Of a DNA stretch of 64,000 bases, positions 48,376-61,510 are shown piece after piece (position 1 is the stretch's first letter; each line of letters begins with the position of its first letter). This stretch comes from Prorocentrum cordatum (lineage: Eukaryota). A program made the position numbers and the translations under genes. Under the pieces are notes generated by a model, which had not been told where the DNA came from, ran no database searches, and saw only the letters and a program-made list of their open reading frames with translations. The stretch is taken from contig CAUYUJ010000001.1 of assembly GCA_963575745.1 (NCBI GenBank), positions 930,001-994,000 of the forward strand, written 5' to 3'.

Positions 48376-49929
48376 ACCAGCAGCGAAGGCGGTGACGGGC
48401 AGCGACGAGACGGCCAGACAGGCACTCCGGCCCAGCTGCCTTTGAAGTCAAGCAAGAACGCCTAAGTGCAAACACTGGTTGGGAAAAACATGTTCTCCCC
48501 TCCGCCTTCCCCCTCCCTCCTCATCTCTCCTCTTCTCTCCTCCTCCTCCTCCGCCTCCTCCTCCTCCTCCTCCTCCTTTTCCTCCTCCTCCACCTCCTCG
48601 TCCTCGTTATCCGCCTCCTGCAGCCCTGAGAAGGGTAGGCTAGCCGAAGAAGTGAGGAGGGTGGAGAAGGCAGAAGGAAGGATACGGAGCTACAAGGGAG
48701 AGGGGAGGAGAACATTCTCGCAGAGCGTATGAGGGAGAATGGGACCGAATGAGAATGAGCATGGGCAGAAGGGAGTATGAGTCAGAAAGAAGAAGGAAGC
48801 AGAGGCGAGTATGAAGGAAGTGCGCTCGCACCATATCTGATGTCCTATCCATCCTGCCCATCCTTGCCCATTACGCTCATGCTTTCTGTCCGCCGACTGG
48901 AGTGCCCTGGAGGACCCTGATCCCCCAAACGATCCCATCGGATGATACGCAATCGGAGCGGGTGGCTTTGAATGAAGACGAGGATACGCAATGAGAAAGA
49001 AGCAGGAGGAGCAGGAGGGTCAGGGTGAGGCGGCGGAGAGAAAGGAGTGGGGCAACAACGACGAGGAATGACTCGGATTCAGAAATGTGGCCCGCGCTTG
49101 GGCGAGAGCCCCATTCTGAACGACGGGGCAAAGCACCGATCCTGAAATGTGACAGTAATGCGCGAGAGAGAGAGAGAGGGAGAGAGAGCGAGGGCGGCCC
49201 CCGCATTGGGCGGTATCGGGGCAGAGAGGACATTCTTGTTTTTTGTGTACGTGCTGATGGGCAGGAGGGGAGATGATGAGGAGAAGGAGGGGGTCGAAGA
49301 GAGGGAGGAGTGTGTGTGTGTGCCGGTGCGTGAGCCCGGCTGGTGCACGCGCTCGTTCGACCTGTTCTACGCTTCGCCGCTGCGCGCTCGGCCGCGACGC
49401 CCAAAAGTGTGAAGTTGTTGCGTATGTGTGTGTACCTGTGCACATGCACATATGTGTATGCGTGTATGTGTGCGTGTGTGTGTTCCCCTCTCCCGGGTCG
49501 TCCACCTATGGGCTCGTGTCTCGGTTTTGCGCTCAGGTGCCAGGCGTTGCTTGAGCGAGACGCTCTTCGGCACGACGCCTTGCCGAGACGCCCTTCGGGG
49601 GTGGTCTTCGAAAACGTCATCAAGGAGTGCCAGCCCTGCACCATCGGGAAGCAAGTTGTTTGATGACTTCACACAGGTTTGGGTGTTATCCCTGAGCCAC
49701 TCGCTGATGCGAAGAGGCTTCTGGCTTCTTGTAAGCGGACCCCTGGGCATCCGAGCTGTCCCATCCCTCCTTCGTGGCTCGTGGTGCCCGCTTGGTTTCA
49801 CGCGCTGTGCGCGTGGAGGCGAGGCGAGACGCCCTGCGGGCATGGCGGCCAGCAGAGACGCCTGGCGGGAGCGGTCCTTGTTCCCCTCCTCGTTCTTCCG
49901 CATCGTCGTCGTCGGCCATCCTCCTCCTC

Positions 49930-50130
49930 TCGGCGGCGAGCCCAGGGGGGAAATGAAGGGGGCAGGCTTTCTCAGAAGGCGGTGGGGCTTCTGAGAATCC
50001 CTCGCGGCTTCTGAGAAGCCCTCTTCGGTTTCGGAGATGGTTTCTCAGAAGGCGCGCGGGCTCCTGAGAAGCCCCGCCGCCTTCTGAGAAGGCCTGCCCC
50101 CTCTCACTGTCCCCCTAGTCTCGCGGCCGA
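49930..50130. mobile_element. 201-bp foldback MITE with a 5-bp target-site duplication
   Basis: Arms of ~70 bp (TCGGCGGCGAG...GGGGCAGGCTTTCTCAGAAGGCGG / CCGCCTTCTGAGAAGGCCTGCCCC...CTCGCGGCCGA). TCCTC occurs at 49925-49929 and 50131-50135. Confidence 0.85.
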
Positions 50131-51247
50131 TCCTCCGCTTCTGATTACGAGTGCCTTTTTTTCCGGATGGTCCGCGGAACGGCGCCAGTGGTTACTTCCT
50201 CGTCGCCCTGCGTGCGGATCGTGCGGATGTTCGCCTCCCTCTCTCCTCGTCGTTCCCTCTTCGTCTTCGCTCTCAGCGTTGCTCCCGTTTGCGTCCGTGC
50301 CACTGGCGCTCGAAGAGCGCCGCTGGGGCAGAGTGACGGGCGGATCGGTCGCCTGCCATTGGCGTCTGGCGGTTTGGGTGGGTTCTCTTAGCTCTCTTTG
50401 TTTTTGCCCTCACCTCACTTGCACGACCCGCATGTGCTGCGGAATTATCGTACAAGCCCGCTCGCTTAGTGCAGTCATTTTTTTCTGCACACGACTGCCA
50501 CGTCCAGCCCACCCGCTTGCCACACCGGGTGAAATTCGCCTCAGCGTGTCCCCGCTTCGCGCTTCGCGACGGTGGCGCCACCTCGCCGCTGGAGGAACAC
50601 GCGTGCGTGCGTGCGTGTGTGGGTGGTTGTGTGTGTGGTCGACTGACGTCAGGTTGAAGGGGGGCTGAGCCTGTCACTATGATCTTCGCGGAATGGGGTT
50701 CCACAGTGCTGCGTGTTTGGGGTGTGGGGGGGCAGGATATGTTTTCACATGTCAGACATGTGCAGGCTATCGGCCACGCGGCGGGGTCAGATCCCTGCCG
50801 CTCCAATGTGATCCTTGTGGTCGCAGGTTGACGGCAAACACGACGAGCCCGGCGCAGGGCATGGCCTTCGTATGCATTTTCCGAAGGGCGAGCGATGTTA
50901 ACAAATCGTCCCCCCCCCCCTTTCGTTGGAAGGGCAATATGAAGGGCGAGCGAGGTTAACAAACTGTCCCCCCCCCTTTCGTTGCTGATCCCGCGGCGAC
51001 CGTTAAGATGGCCACAGCTCGTGACGAGCGATCGTCGTCGACGTCCTCACCAGCATCGCCGTCGATACCCATAGCCGTGGGCTCGAGCCTTGGGCTACCC
51101 ATTTGAGAGACGCCCCCATCATCCCACTACCAACGTTTGCCCCCAGCCTCATCCTTGCCTTGGCCTCCTGTCCCAGCCCCTTGGGATGAGGCCAAGGGGC
51201 GAGCATGGGGAACGGCATTGGTAACCCGATCTAGACACCGCGAAGAT

Positions 51248-54200
51248 GGTTGTATGTGTGTGTTGTGTGGTTGTATGTATGTGTTGTGTGTTGGGCGTTG
51301 TGTGTTGTGCTGTGTGTGCTGGTTGCTTGGTGTTGCGTGTAGTTTGTCGCGTGTTGTGTGTTGTCTGTTATGTGCTGTTCGGGTTGCGGGTTGCGTGTTG
51401 TGTGCTGTGTCTTATTTGTATGCGTTGTGCGTTGTGTGTTAAGCGTCGCGTGTTGTGTGTTGTGTGTTGCGTGTTGCGTGTTGTGTGTTGTGTGGGTTGC
51501 GTGCTGTGTGTGTGTTGCGTGTTGAGGCTTGTGTGTTGTGTGCTGTGTGTTGTTTTGTTGCGTTGTGTGTGTTGTGTGTAGTGCGGTATGTGTTGTGTGC
51601 TGTGTGGTGTGTGTTGGGTGTTGGGTGTTGTGTGTTGCGCGGTGGGTGTTGTGTGTTGCATGGTGTGAGGTGTGTCGTGTGTGTTGCGTGGTGTGTTTTG
51701 CGTGGTGTGCGTTGTGTGTTGTGTGTCTGGTGCGTGTGGTTGTGCGTGGTTGTGTGTTGCATGGTTGTGTGCGTTGCGTGTTGGGCGTTGTGCGTTGTGG
51801 GTTGAGTGTTGCGTGTTGTGTATGGTGGGTTGTGTGTCGCGTGGTGTGTGTTGTTTGTTATGTGTTGTGTGTTGCGTGTCTTGTGTGTTGTGTGCCGTGT
51901 GGGGTGTGGGGTGTGGTGTGTGCTGTGTGTTGTGTGATGTGTGCTGTGTGGTGTGTGTTGGTTGGTGCGTGGCGTGTGGTGTGTGGAGTGTGTGTGCGTG
52001 TTTTTGTGTGGTGTGTGTGTGTGTTGTGTGTGCCGTGTGTTGTGAGTTGCATGGTTGTGTGTATTGCGTGTTGGGTGTTGGGTATTGTGTATTGGGCATT
52101 GTGTGCTGTGTGTGGCGTGCTGTGCGTTGCGTATTGGGTGTTGTGGGTTGGGTTTTGTGTGGTTCGTGGTGTGTGTTGCGTGTTACGTGTTGGGTGGTGT
52201 GCTTTGTGTGGTGTGTTGTGTGGTGTGTCTTGTATCATGTGCTTTGTGTATTGTGTTGTGTGTTATGTGCTGTGCGTGTTGTGTCTTGTGTGCTGTGTGG
52301 TATGCCTTGTATGTTGTGTCTTGTTTCGTGTGTCTCGTGTGTTGTGTGGTGCGTGGTGTGTGGTTGATGTTGTGTTTTGTATGGTCGGTTGCGTGTGTTG
52401 TGTGTGTGGGTTGTGTTGTGTTGTGTTGTGTTGTGTTGTGTTGTGTTGTGTTGTGTTGTGTTGTGTGTGTGTCTGTGTGTGTGTGTGTCTGTGTCTGTGC
52501 CTGTGTCTGTGTCTGTGCCTGTGTCTGTGTCTGTGTCTGTGTCTGTGTATGTGTCTGTGTCTGTGTCTGTGTCTGTGTCTGTGTGTGTGGGTGTGTGGGT
52601 GTGTGGGTGTGTGGGTGTGTGGGTGTGTGGGTGTGTGGGTGGGTGTGGGTGTGTGGGTGTGGGTGTGGGTGTGGGTGTGGGTGTGGGTGTGGGTGTGGGT
52701 GTGTGTGTGTGGGTGTGTGTGTGTGTGTGTTGGGCGCTGTGTGGTTTGCTTTGTGTGTTGGGTGGTGGGGGTCGTATATTATGTGGTGTGTGTCTTTCGT
52801 GTTGTGCGTTGTGTGTGTGTGCTGCGTGCTGTGTGCTGTGTGCCTTGCACATTGTGCGCTGCGTGTTGCGTCGTGTGTGATGTGTGTTGTGTGTAACGTG
52901 TTGCGCATTGCGTGTTGTGTGGGTTGCGTGTTGTGCGGTGCGTGTTGTGTGTTGTGTGGTGTGTGGTGTGTGGTGTGTGGGTTGCGGGTTGTGTGTTGTG
53001 TGGTGTGTGGTGTTGCATGGTGTGTGGTGTGTGGTGTGTGGTGTGTGTTGTATGTTGTGTGGGTTGCGTATTGTGCGTTGCCTGTTGTGTGGTGTGTTGC
53101 GGATTGTGTGTTGTCTGTTGCGTGATGGGCGTTGTGCGTTGTGCGTTGCTTGTTGTGTGTTGTGCTTTGGGCGTTGTGTGTTGCGTGGTGTGTGTTGCGC
53201 GTTGTGGTCTGTATGTTGTGTGGTGCACGGTGTGTGTTGTGTTGGTTTCATGTTGTGTGGCGTGTGGTGCGTGGTGCGTGTGGTGTTGCAAGGTGTGTGC
53301 GTGTGTGGTGTGTGTGGTGTTGTGTGTGGTTGTGTGTTGTGCGCGGCGCGCTCTAATTTGCATACAGTGTGTCCCCTGGTGTCGGTCCGACGGAGAAGTC
53401 ACCCCCTGCGCAACCGCCGACGCAAAAAGGGCGTTGCGTGGTGGTGCGCGGTGTCTGTTGGGCGGTGTGCCTTGTGTGTTGGGTGTTGGGTGTTGTGTGG
53501 TGTGTGGTGTGTGTTGTGTGCTGTGTGTTGGGTGATGTTTGTTGTGTGTTGCCTTGGTTGTGGGGTGTGCGTTGCACGTTGTGTGCTGTGGGTTGCGGGT
53601 TGTGTCTTGCGTGTTGCGTCTTGTGTGGTTTGTGTTGTGTGGTGTGCAGTGTGTGGTGTGTGTGTGTTGTGTGCTGTGTGCTGTGTGTTGTGTGTTGTGT
53701 GTTGTGTGGTTCATTTTGTGTGTTGTGTGGGTTGCGTGTTTTTTTGCGGGTTGTGGTTTGTGTGTTGTGCGTTGCGTGGTGCGTGTTGTGTGGTGCGGGT
53801 TGCGTGTTGTGCGGTGCGTATTGCGCGTTGCGTGTTGCGTGTTGTGTGTTGTGTGGTGCGTGTTGTGTGTTGGGTGGTGTGTGTTGTACGTTGTGTTGCG
53901 CGCGTTGAGTGTTGTGTGTTGTGGTGTGTGCGGTATGTGTTGAATGTTATATGTTGCGTGGTGTGTAGTGCGCGTTGTGTGTTGTGTGTTGAGTGCTGCG
54001 TAGGCTGCGTAGGTTGCGTGTTGCGTGGCGCGCGGTGTGTGGTGCGTTAGTTTTGCATGTTGTGTGTGGCGTGCGTGTTATGAGTGTGGTGTGTGTGTGT
54101 TGGTGTGTGTGGTTGTGTGTGTTGTGTGATTGTGTTTGTTGTGGTGGGCGGTGTGCGTTGTGTGCTGTGTGTTGTGTGCTGTGTGTTGTGTGTTGTGTGA

Positions 54201-56308
54201 TGTGTGTTGTGTGTTGTCGTGGTTGCGGGCTGTATGTTGTGTGTTGCATGTTGTGTGTTATGGGTTGTGTGTTGCGCGTTGCGCGTTGCGTCGTGTATGA
54301 TGTGCGGTGTGTGCTGTGTGGCGTGTGTTGGTGTGTGGAGTGTGTTCTGTGGTGTGTGGTGCGTGGTGTGTTGCGCGTTGGGTGTTGGGCGTAGTGCGTT
54401 GTGTGTTGTGATTAGCGTGGTGGGTGTTTGGCGTTGTGCGGTGTGCGTTGTGCGGGGTGTATTGTGTCGTGCGGCGTATGTCGCATGTCGTTTGTAGTGT
54501 GTCGTGTGCTGTGTGTTGCGTGTTGCGTTGTGTGTGGCGTGTCTGGTGTGTGTTGTGCGGTGTGGCGTGTGGCATGTGTCGTGTGGCGTGTGGCGTGTGT
54601 CGTGCGCAGTGTGTCGTGGGTGTTGTGTGGCGTGTGGTGTGCATTGTGTGTTGTGCGTTGTGTGGTGTGTGGTGCGTGCTGCGTGTGTTATCCTGTGGAC
54701 GGTGAATGTGCGGTTTCGGGTGTGTGTGTGTGTGTCGGTTGTCTTTGTGTGTTGTGTGTTGCGTGTGTGTTGTGAATTTGGTTTTGTAGTTTGTGCGTTG
54801 GGCGTTGGGCGGTGGGCGTTGTGTGGTGTGCGGTGTGTTGCGTGGTGTGCGTTGTGCGTGTTATGTTGCGTGTTGTGTGTTGTGTGGGTTGTGCGTTGTG
54901 CGTTGCGTGATGCGTCTTGTGTGTTTTCTGTTGTGTGTGCCCCCCCCATTCGGCCGTCCGCCCTCTCATGTTGTCTCCCCCGTGCATTGTGGCACAATGC
55001 GATACCACGGTGCCCAGGTTTAGTTAGCTTTCTTTCCGCCAGCGCAGTTACTATGTTGTCGTTGCGTGTTGCGCGCTGTCTGTTGTGTGTTGTGCGTTGT
55101 GTGTTGCATGGTGTGTGTTGTGCGTTGTGTGTTGTGTGGTGTGTGTTGTGTGGGTTGCGAGTTGTGCGTTGCGCGTTGCGTCTTGTGTGCTGTGTGGTGT
55201 GTTTTGTGTTGCGTGTTGTGTTGTTTGTGGAGTGCGTTGTGTGTTATGCGTTGTGTGTTGTGTGTTGCGCGTTGTGCGTTGTGCGTTTTGTGTTGTTTGG
55301 TGTGTTTTGCGCGTTGGGTGTTGTGTGTTATGTGTTGTGCGTTTGCGTTGTGTGTTGTGGATTGCGCGTTGTGTGTTGTGTATTGTGTGATGTGTGTTTT
55401 GTGTTGTGCGTTGTGTGGCGTGTGGTTTGTGGTGCGTGGTGCGCGTGTGTGTTTGCGTTGTGTGTGGTATGTGCGTGGTTGTGTGTGGTCGTGTGTTGTG
55501 TGGTTGTGGGTTGGCTGTTGTGTGTTGTGTTCTTGTGCGTTGTGTGCTGGGTGCTGGGTGTTGTGCGTTGTGTGTTGTGTGTTGCGTGTTGTGTGTGTTG
55601 TGTGCTGTGTGTTGTGAGTTGCGTGGTGCGTGGTGCGTGATAAGTGGTGTGTGGTGTGAGGTGTGTGGTGTGTGGTGTGCGCTGTTTGTTTGGTGTTGTG
55701 CGTTGTGTGTGTGTGTTGTGTGTCGTGTGTTGTGTGTTGTGTGTTGTGTGGTAAGTGGCGTGTGGTGTGTGGTGTGTGTTGTGTGTTGTGCGTTGCGTGG
55801 TGCGTGGTGCTGGGTGCGTGCGTGTGTGTTTGTGTGTTCTGTGTTGTGTGTTGTGTGATTGTGTCGTGTTGTGTGTTGTGTGGTTGTGTGTGCTGTGGGT
55901 TGGATGTTGCGTTTTGTGTGTTGTGTGTTGTGTGATTTGCGTGTTGGGTGGCGCGTGTTGAGTGCTGCATGCTGGGTTTGGGGCGTTGTGTATTGTGTGT
56001 TGTGTCTTGTGTATTGCGTCATGTCCCTTGCGTCTTGTGTATTGTGTATAGCGTTGTGTGGTGTGTGTGTTGTGCATTGTGTGCTGCGTGTTGTATGTGT
56101 GTTGTGTCTTGTGTCTTGTGTCTCGTGTGGTGTGTGTGTGTGTGTTGTGTGTGGTGTGTGGTGTGTGGTGTGTGGTGCGTGTGTGTGTTTAGTGTGTATT
56201 GTGTATGTGTGTTGTCGTGTGTGTTTGTGTGTTGTGCATATGTGTTGTGTGTTGTGTGTGTGTGTTTGTGTGCGTGCGTGTGTGTTTGTGTGTTTGTGTG
56301 CGTGCGTT
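51248..56308. repeat. ~5-kb degenerate TG/GTGTGTT low-complexity tract
   Basis: Direct reading. It has pure sub-arrays (TTGTG)n, (TGTGTC)n and (GTGTGG)n at 52410-52730 and two unique islands. Confidence 0.98.
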
Positions 56309-57185
56309 GCCGCCACCCGCAGGCGACTGGCCAGCCCTGCCGGCTGCGTCGGTTTTTCGATTTACGTACCGGCGTGCCCTCATTCCCGTGTTTCGTCATT
56401 GTCGGTTGGTCGGTGCAATGCCGTCCCCGTCTTCGGACGCTGCCTCAATATTCCCACTCGCCGCCCACGCGCAGGTGGCATATGGGCGGGATCCAACGTG
56501 GCTCCGCGTTTGAAGCCCTGGCCGCGCGCGCTAGCTCGCGCCGCTTGCTCGGGCCACTCCGCCTCGTCGCTACGCGCGAGGCGCGACCGCCAAAAAAATT
56601 GTCTGCCTGCGCGTGCGTTTACTGCTCCCCGTGACCCCGCCGCCTGCCGCGCGCGGGCCTGGCCGGGCCCGGCCCGCTCCTTTGCACACATCGTGGTTGC
56701 AACTGGTGGGCCTGAAGTGGTTTGCCTCAATCGGCTTGGATTGTCCGAGTGGCTCTTCGCCCCGGCCGCGTGCGCTCGAAATGTGTTTGCGCGTGTGGTC
56801 GTGTCTTTTTCGCCGCCTTCTCACAGTCTCCCCGACTTCGGGTCTGCACACCCTGACCCGCTCTGCATGTGCCAGGCTGCTGGCTCGCCCGCCAAGTTGA
56901 CCTTTGCCCAGCGCAGCCACCAGCCTGCTGCGCCTGGCGGAAGTCATCCACGGACGATACGTGTGCACCGTACCGTGTTGGCGCCCCTCGTGGCGTCGTC
57001 GATTCTCGTTGATTTTCGACCCAAGAATGGTGCGGCGCATGGTTTTCGGACTCCCTGAGATCAGTATATTATGCACCGTACCGCGCTGGAGCGGGGCCTG
57101 AACGGAACCCTGACATGGTGTGGTGAATAGGCGCCTTTCTATAGCCTGGGCCCCTCGCTATCATTCGCAACATCACTAGTTCACG

Positions 57186-57632
57186 CGTGTGTGTGTGTGT
57201 GTGTGCGCGTGTGCGTGTGTGTGTGTGTGAGTGTGCGCATGGTGTATGCGTGTGTGTGTGCTTGTGTGCGTGTGTGTGTGTGCGTGTGTGCGTGAATGGG
57301 TGAATGTATGAGTGTGTGAGTGTGTGAATATGATTGTGAGTGTGTGGGTGTTTGGGCGCGTGAGTGCGTAAGTGTATGCTGGTGTCCGTGTTTGTGGTTG
57401 TGCTTGTGATCGTGATTGTGATTATGTGTGTGTTGTGTGTGTGCTCGTGTGTGTGAGTGAGTGAGTGTGTGTGTGCATGTGTGTTGAATTATTTGTGTGT
57501 GTGTGTTTGTGTGTGCTTCTGTGTGTTGTGTGTGGTTGTGTGTGTGAGTTTGTGCGTGTTGTTGTGTGTGCGCTTGTGTGTTTGTGTGTGTTGTGTGTTG
57601 TGTGGTTGTGTCTGTGTTTGTGTCGTTGTTCG
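57186..57632. repeat. TG-rich low-complexity tract
   Basis: Direct reading. Confidence 0.95.
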
Positions 57633-57666
57633 TGTATATAACTCGTGTAACCGTCATCAGGGCTAG

Positions 57667-60600
57667 CCCACCTTTGAACACCTACGCGCCCTGACGCAGC
57701 CCCCTGATGGCCACACCCGCGCACTGCGGGATGAACTGGAAGACCCAGACAGTGAGCCATTCAGCACGGCTTGGGCCACCAGTGCGCTGGCCTTGATGTT
57801 CCTGCTCATCCGGGAGCCTAGGCCCATGATGGCGCAATACACGGAACCTGGCCACATCGGCGACGTCTTAGAGGCAGCCTTAGCCCTATGCGAACCTTGG
57901 CGCGACTGGCAGTAAGGGACAGCTTCGGTCAGGCGCATGGCACCACTGGGCAGGACTCCGAAGGCTCCACAAACACATCGAGGCCTTCATGAGAATTTCC
58001 TCGCGCCTTGTCACGGTTGCCCACCATCACCACATCGCCAAAGAACACCACAGCGCAAGCATTTGGAGCGACCTACTTGCCCTGGATTTTCCCTTGACAG
58101 GCACGCTGGCGGTTTTCGGCCACCTCACCACCGCGGCCGATCTGTCGGCGCTCAGCATGCACAAGTACGCCGTCTGCGTACTCTCACAGGACCTGACTGG
58201 TTCCGACGTTGGACCCCCCCCCCGCCTCGCCGACCCCGACGAAGACCCAGTGCATAGGCAGTGGGCAAACCAGCAGAGAACGCGAACTGCATGACCCACC
58301 CCCCACTGGGGCCCTCCCTGGAGTTGCGCTGATCCCCGCGATTTTGTAGACAGGAGATACCAGGTTTCTGCCGACTGCACAGCCACCCCAGGTCTACTGC
58401 GACGAGTGTTCGAAGGGCCCCATTTGATCCGCACGGGTCCGAAGGACGTGCCTGGATTAGCGCGGAGATCCGCAGAACCCTTGCAGCCAACCGCCTTGAA
58501 CTCTACAAGCGGGGAAGCAGCTGCCAGCGGCCCCCCACGTCGCTCTCCCTGACGCCCAGACATCACTCTGGCAGCTCCTGCTGCCCCAGGAAGGCGCACA
58601 CGACCCAGCCACGGCACGCACCACCAGATCGACCCAACGCACCGAAGTTGACAGGTTCGGTGGGAAGACAGCAACGAAGGAGTGGAAGAGCAAATGCGAT
58701 CGCTGCCCCGGCACCGCCCCGCCGCGCGAGTGGAAGTGCAGGCAAAGGCCGCTTGGCGCGTTCGTCTTCCGCCCCGGCGCAGCCGACTCAGTATCTCCCA
58801 GCCAGGGCCTCCCGCCGTTCAACGATTGGGTCTGCGCTCTCTCGAGCACGCAATGAAACGCCGCCTGGTTCTGCGAGCGCTGCCCGGTCGACCTCTGGAA
58901 CGCATGACCTACCGACGCGATGCAGGTACTAACCAGAGACGGCGCCAAAGTGCACCCAGACGCCCCGCCCAAGCGATCGCGACCCCCCCCACCGCCTCTC
59001 CCCGCACAGAATCCGCCACTGGCGAAGCCGCTCACTCCCGCGCGGGGCATCACCCAGCTCGCAGATGCAGAGGACCAGGGCGGGGTGACCCAGGCGCTCG
59101 CAGACCCGCTTGGGGCCGTCAAAGAGACCCGGGCCCGTGGCCCAGACCAGGCCAGCAGAGGCCAGCCACCCCAGAGAGCCGAGAGGGCCCACGTCGCCAA
59201 GCAGTCAGCATGGCGCATCCAGGGCCGCGCAAAGCACCCCGATCACAACGACGCTGCCGGCGCAGGAGGGGCCCACCCCCGAGCGCGCTGCCACCCACCC
59301 CGGCAGAGAGCCGGGCCCCGCGGGGGCCGGGAACGCCGGCCCCAGGGCCGGGGGAGAACGCCTTCGCGGGGGTCCGACCGCAGAAGCCAGCCAGCGCACT
59401 CCCTGGGAGAGCGAAGGCGGAAGCCAGGCAGCGATCTTCAGGATCGCAGGGCACCTCGGCACACAGTCACGCGGCAAGTGCCCTGCCACGCTTGCCTCCG
59501 GCAGGAGCGAGGAAGGGCCCGGAGACGGACGAGGCAGCAGCCAATCAGAGACCTCCGACCACGCCCCACCGCCGCACCGCGGAGGGCGGCGCACCCGAGC
59601 CCGGAGAGTCGGGCCACGGACGTCAGACCCAGTCCAGCCCGACGGCCTTGCAGGCAGTTCCTAATCCAAGCCTGGCGAGGGAGGCGCAGGCTGGGGCAAG
59701 CCCCTCGGCCTACCCTCAACAGACCCTGCAGTCGCCGCAGGAATCCTCACCGACCCCCCGTTCTGCCGCCGCCCCCACGTCCCAGCAGAACCATTCGACC
59801 AGTGGACACAGTTCAACCCAGCACGCCGATCAACCCGGGGCCGAGGAAAGGAAAGGCGGACCACGCCATCGCCCGCGCGATGGCCCAGCACGCCCAGGCG
59901 CTGCTTGACAACATAGAAAAGGCTCGGCGGCAGCGGGCCGACGAGTTGCAGGGGCGACCGCGCGGGCCACGCAGCGCCCCGAGGGACCCCCGGGCGTGGA
60001 CAGAAGACGACTGCAAGGGCCTCCTTAGCAGCATATACGGGCCAACGATCCCAGACAACGGAATCCACGACGGATGTCCTCGGGATGGAAGACGGGCCGC
60101 CTCTGCACACGTGGTGACTTACCCTATCAGGCAGAAGGGGCGCTCACAAGGAAAGCAGGAAGGACTACGTGGCTGAGCAATGGACCTCCATCCCACAGAC
60201 TCACCACCCCCAGCTGTTTCAGGACCCAGGCAAAGACCCCAACAAGCATGACAGCATCGCCTCATCAGCTTCCCGGCCTCGCAGGGGGTTCAGGACCCGA
60301 GGTCTCCACCGCTGGAACACTACGCTCCCGGCGCCGCCACCAACCCCGTCACCAGGTCCGTTCGCAACAAGACATGGACAGGCCCGCAGGCCGAAGGGCG
60401 CAGCTCTGCCCCGGCCCGAGGCCCCCAACGCGACCACCCCCCCGGGGAGGCCAGCGGCTCAGAAGGAGGCCCAGCAGCCGCGGGCCTGGGGGCCCCCACC
60501 GGCAACCCTGCAATTCACGGCCCCCGCCCCATCGAAGTAGACTGCCCACCCACGCCGCCGCCCCCGCGCGCAGTCTCCGAGGCCGATTTCTCGCCCGCCG

Positions 60601-61510
60601 CTGAGACCGAAGGTCAGGGCCCACAGGCAAGCCCTATCAGCGAGCCTCACCCTGAGCATCACTCCTAGGGAGCCACTAGCAGCCCCGACTCCGAGCACGC
60701 CCTTCAGACGGCCCCCCAGCTCCCACAGCAAGATCAGGCTGCGGGCGCCGAAACCGCTGGAGAGGCGGAGGCTAGCGCGCCCAGCAGCGACCACCGCACC
60801 GAATGAGTTGCAGGAAGTGGCCAAGCACACAAGACACCGAGGACGCCAGAGCACAGGCACGGTCGCCCTCAGCAGGCCGAGACGGCACGCGCCAACCCCG
60901 GGGCTGGCTATCGAGGGGGAGGAGGCTCCTCCCCTGCTGCGCGCCCAGACCGCGCCGACCCAGAAGCGCCCCAGCGACATAGAACCCCGCAGCTCGACCC
61001 TGGATAAACTCGCCACCACGACCCCCATGACGCGCTTCACATCAAGCCTCGCCGGGTGATCAACTGGCATCGCACGTGGAACTACAGGACCGACCTCCAG
61101 GAGACATGGCTGGAGGTCGTCAACAGGCTGACGAAAGACTGCGGCGTCGTGTTCGCTGAAGGCTGGAACGGAACGCTCTCTGCGACGCCAGGGACAGCCG
61201 ACTTGGAAGAGGCGCCTACGACCCGCGCGGGCACGACGCCTTCTGCCGGGACTTGCTGCCGCAGATGCACAATGAAGAGATCGACATCCGCAGAATCTGC
61301 AGAGCCCGAGGTGTCCGCGTGGACTGGAACGCTGTCTGGGAAAGGCAGTTGCGGCGCAATGAGCTGCAGCGGGAAAAAGGGCAAGGGCAAAGGAGGGAAA
61401 GGTCAAGACACGGTCGGAAAAGGCGAGAGGCGCGCGGACCCCACCTGGCCCAACAACGACCAATCCAGGCAGCCCCTTCCCGACGCGACAGGCCTGCCAT
61501 GCCTCTGAGA
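57667..61510 (+). pseudogene. Decayed coding-like region of unknown identity (possibly an old mobile-element ORF)
   Basis: Protein-like fragments in shifting frames (HIGDVLEAALAL; AQALLDNIEKARRQRADELQG; INWHRTWNYRTDLQETWLEVVNRL; GKKGKGKGGKG) are separated by stops. No splice signals were recognised. Confidence 0.35.

Noticed and set aside
51248..56316. Long Cys/Val-rich or His/Thr-rich ORFs (up to 455 aa)
   Set aside because: These are translations of TG/CA low-complexity DNA that is open in many frames.
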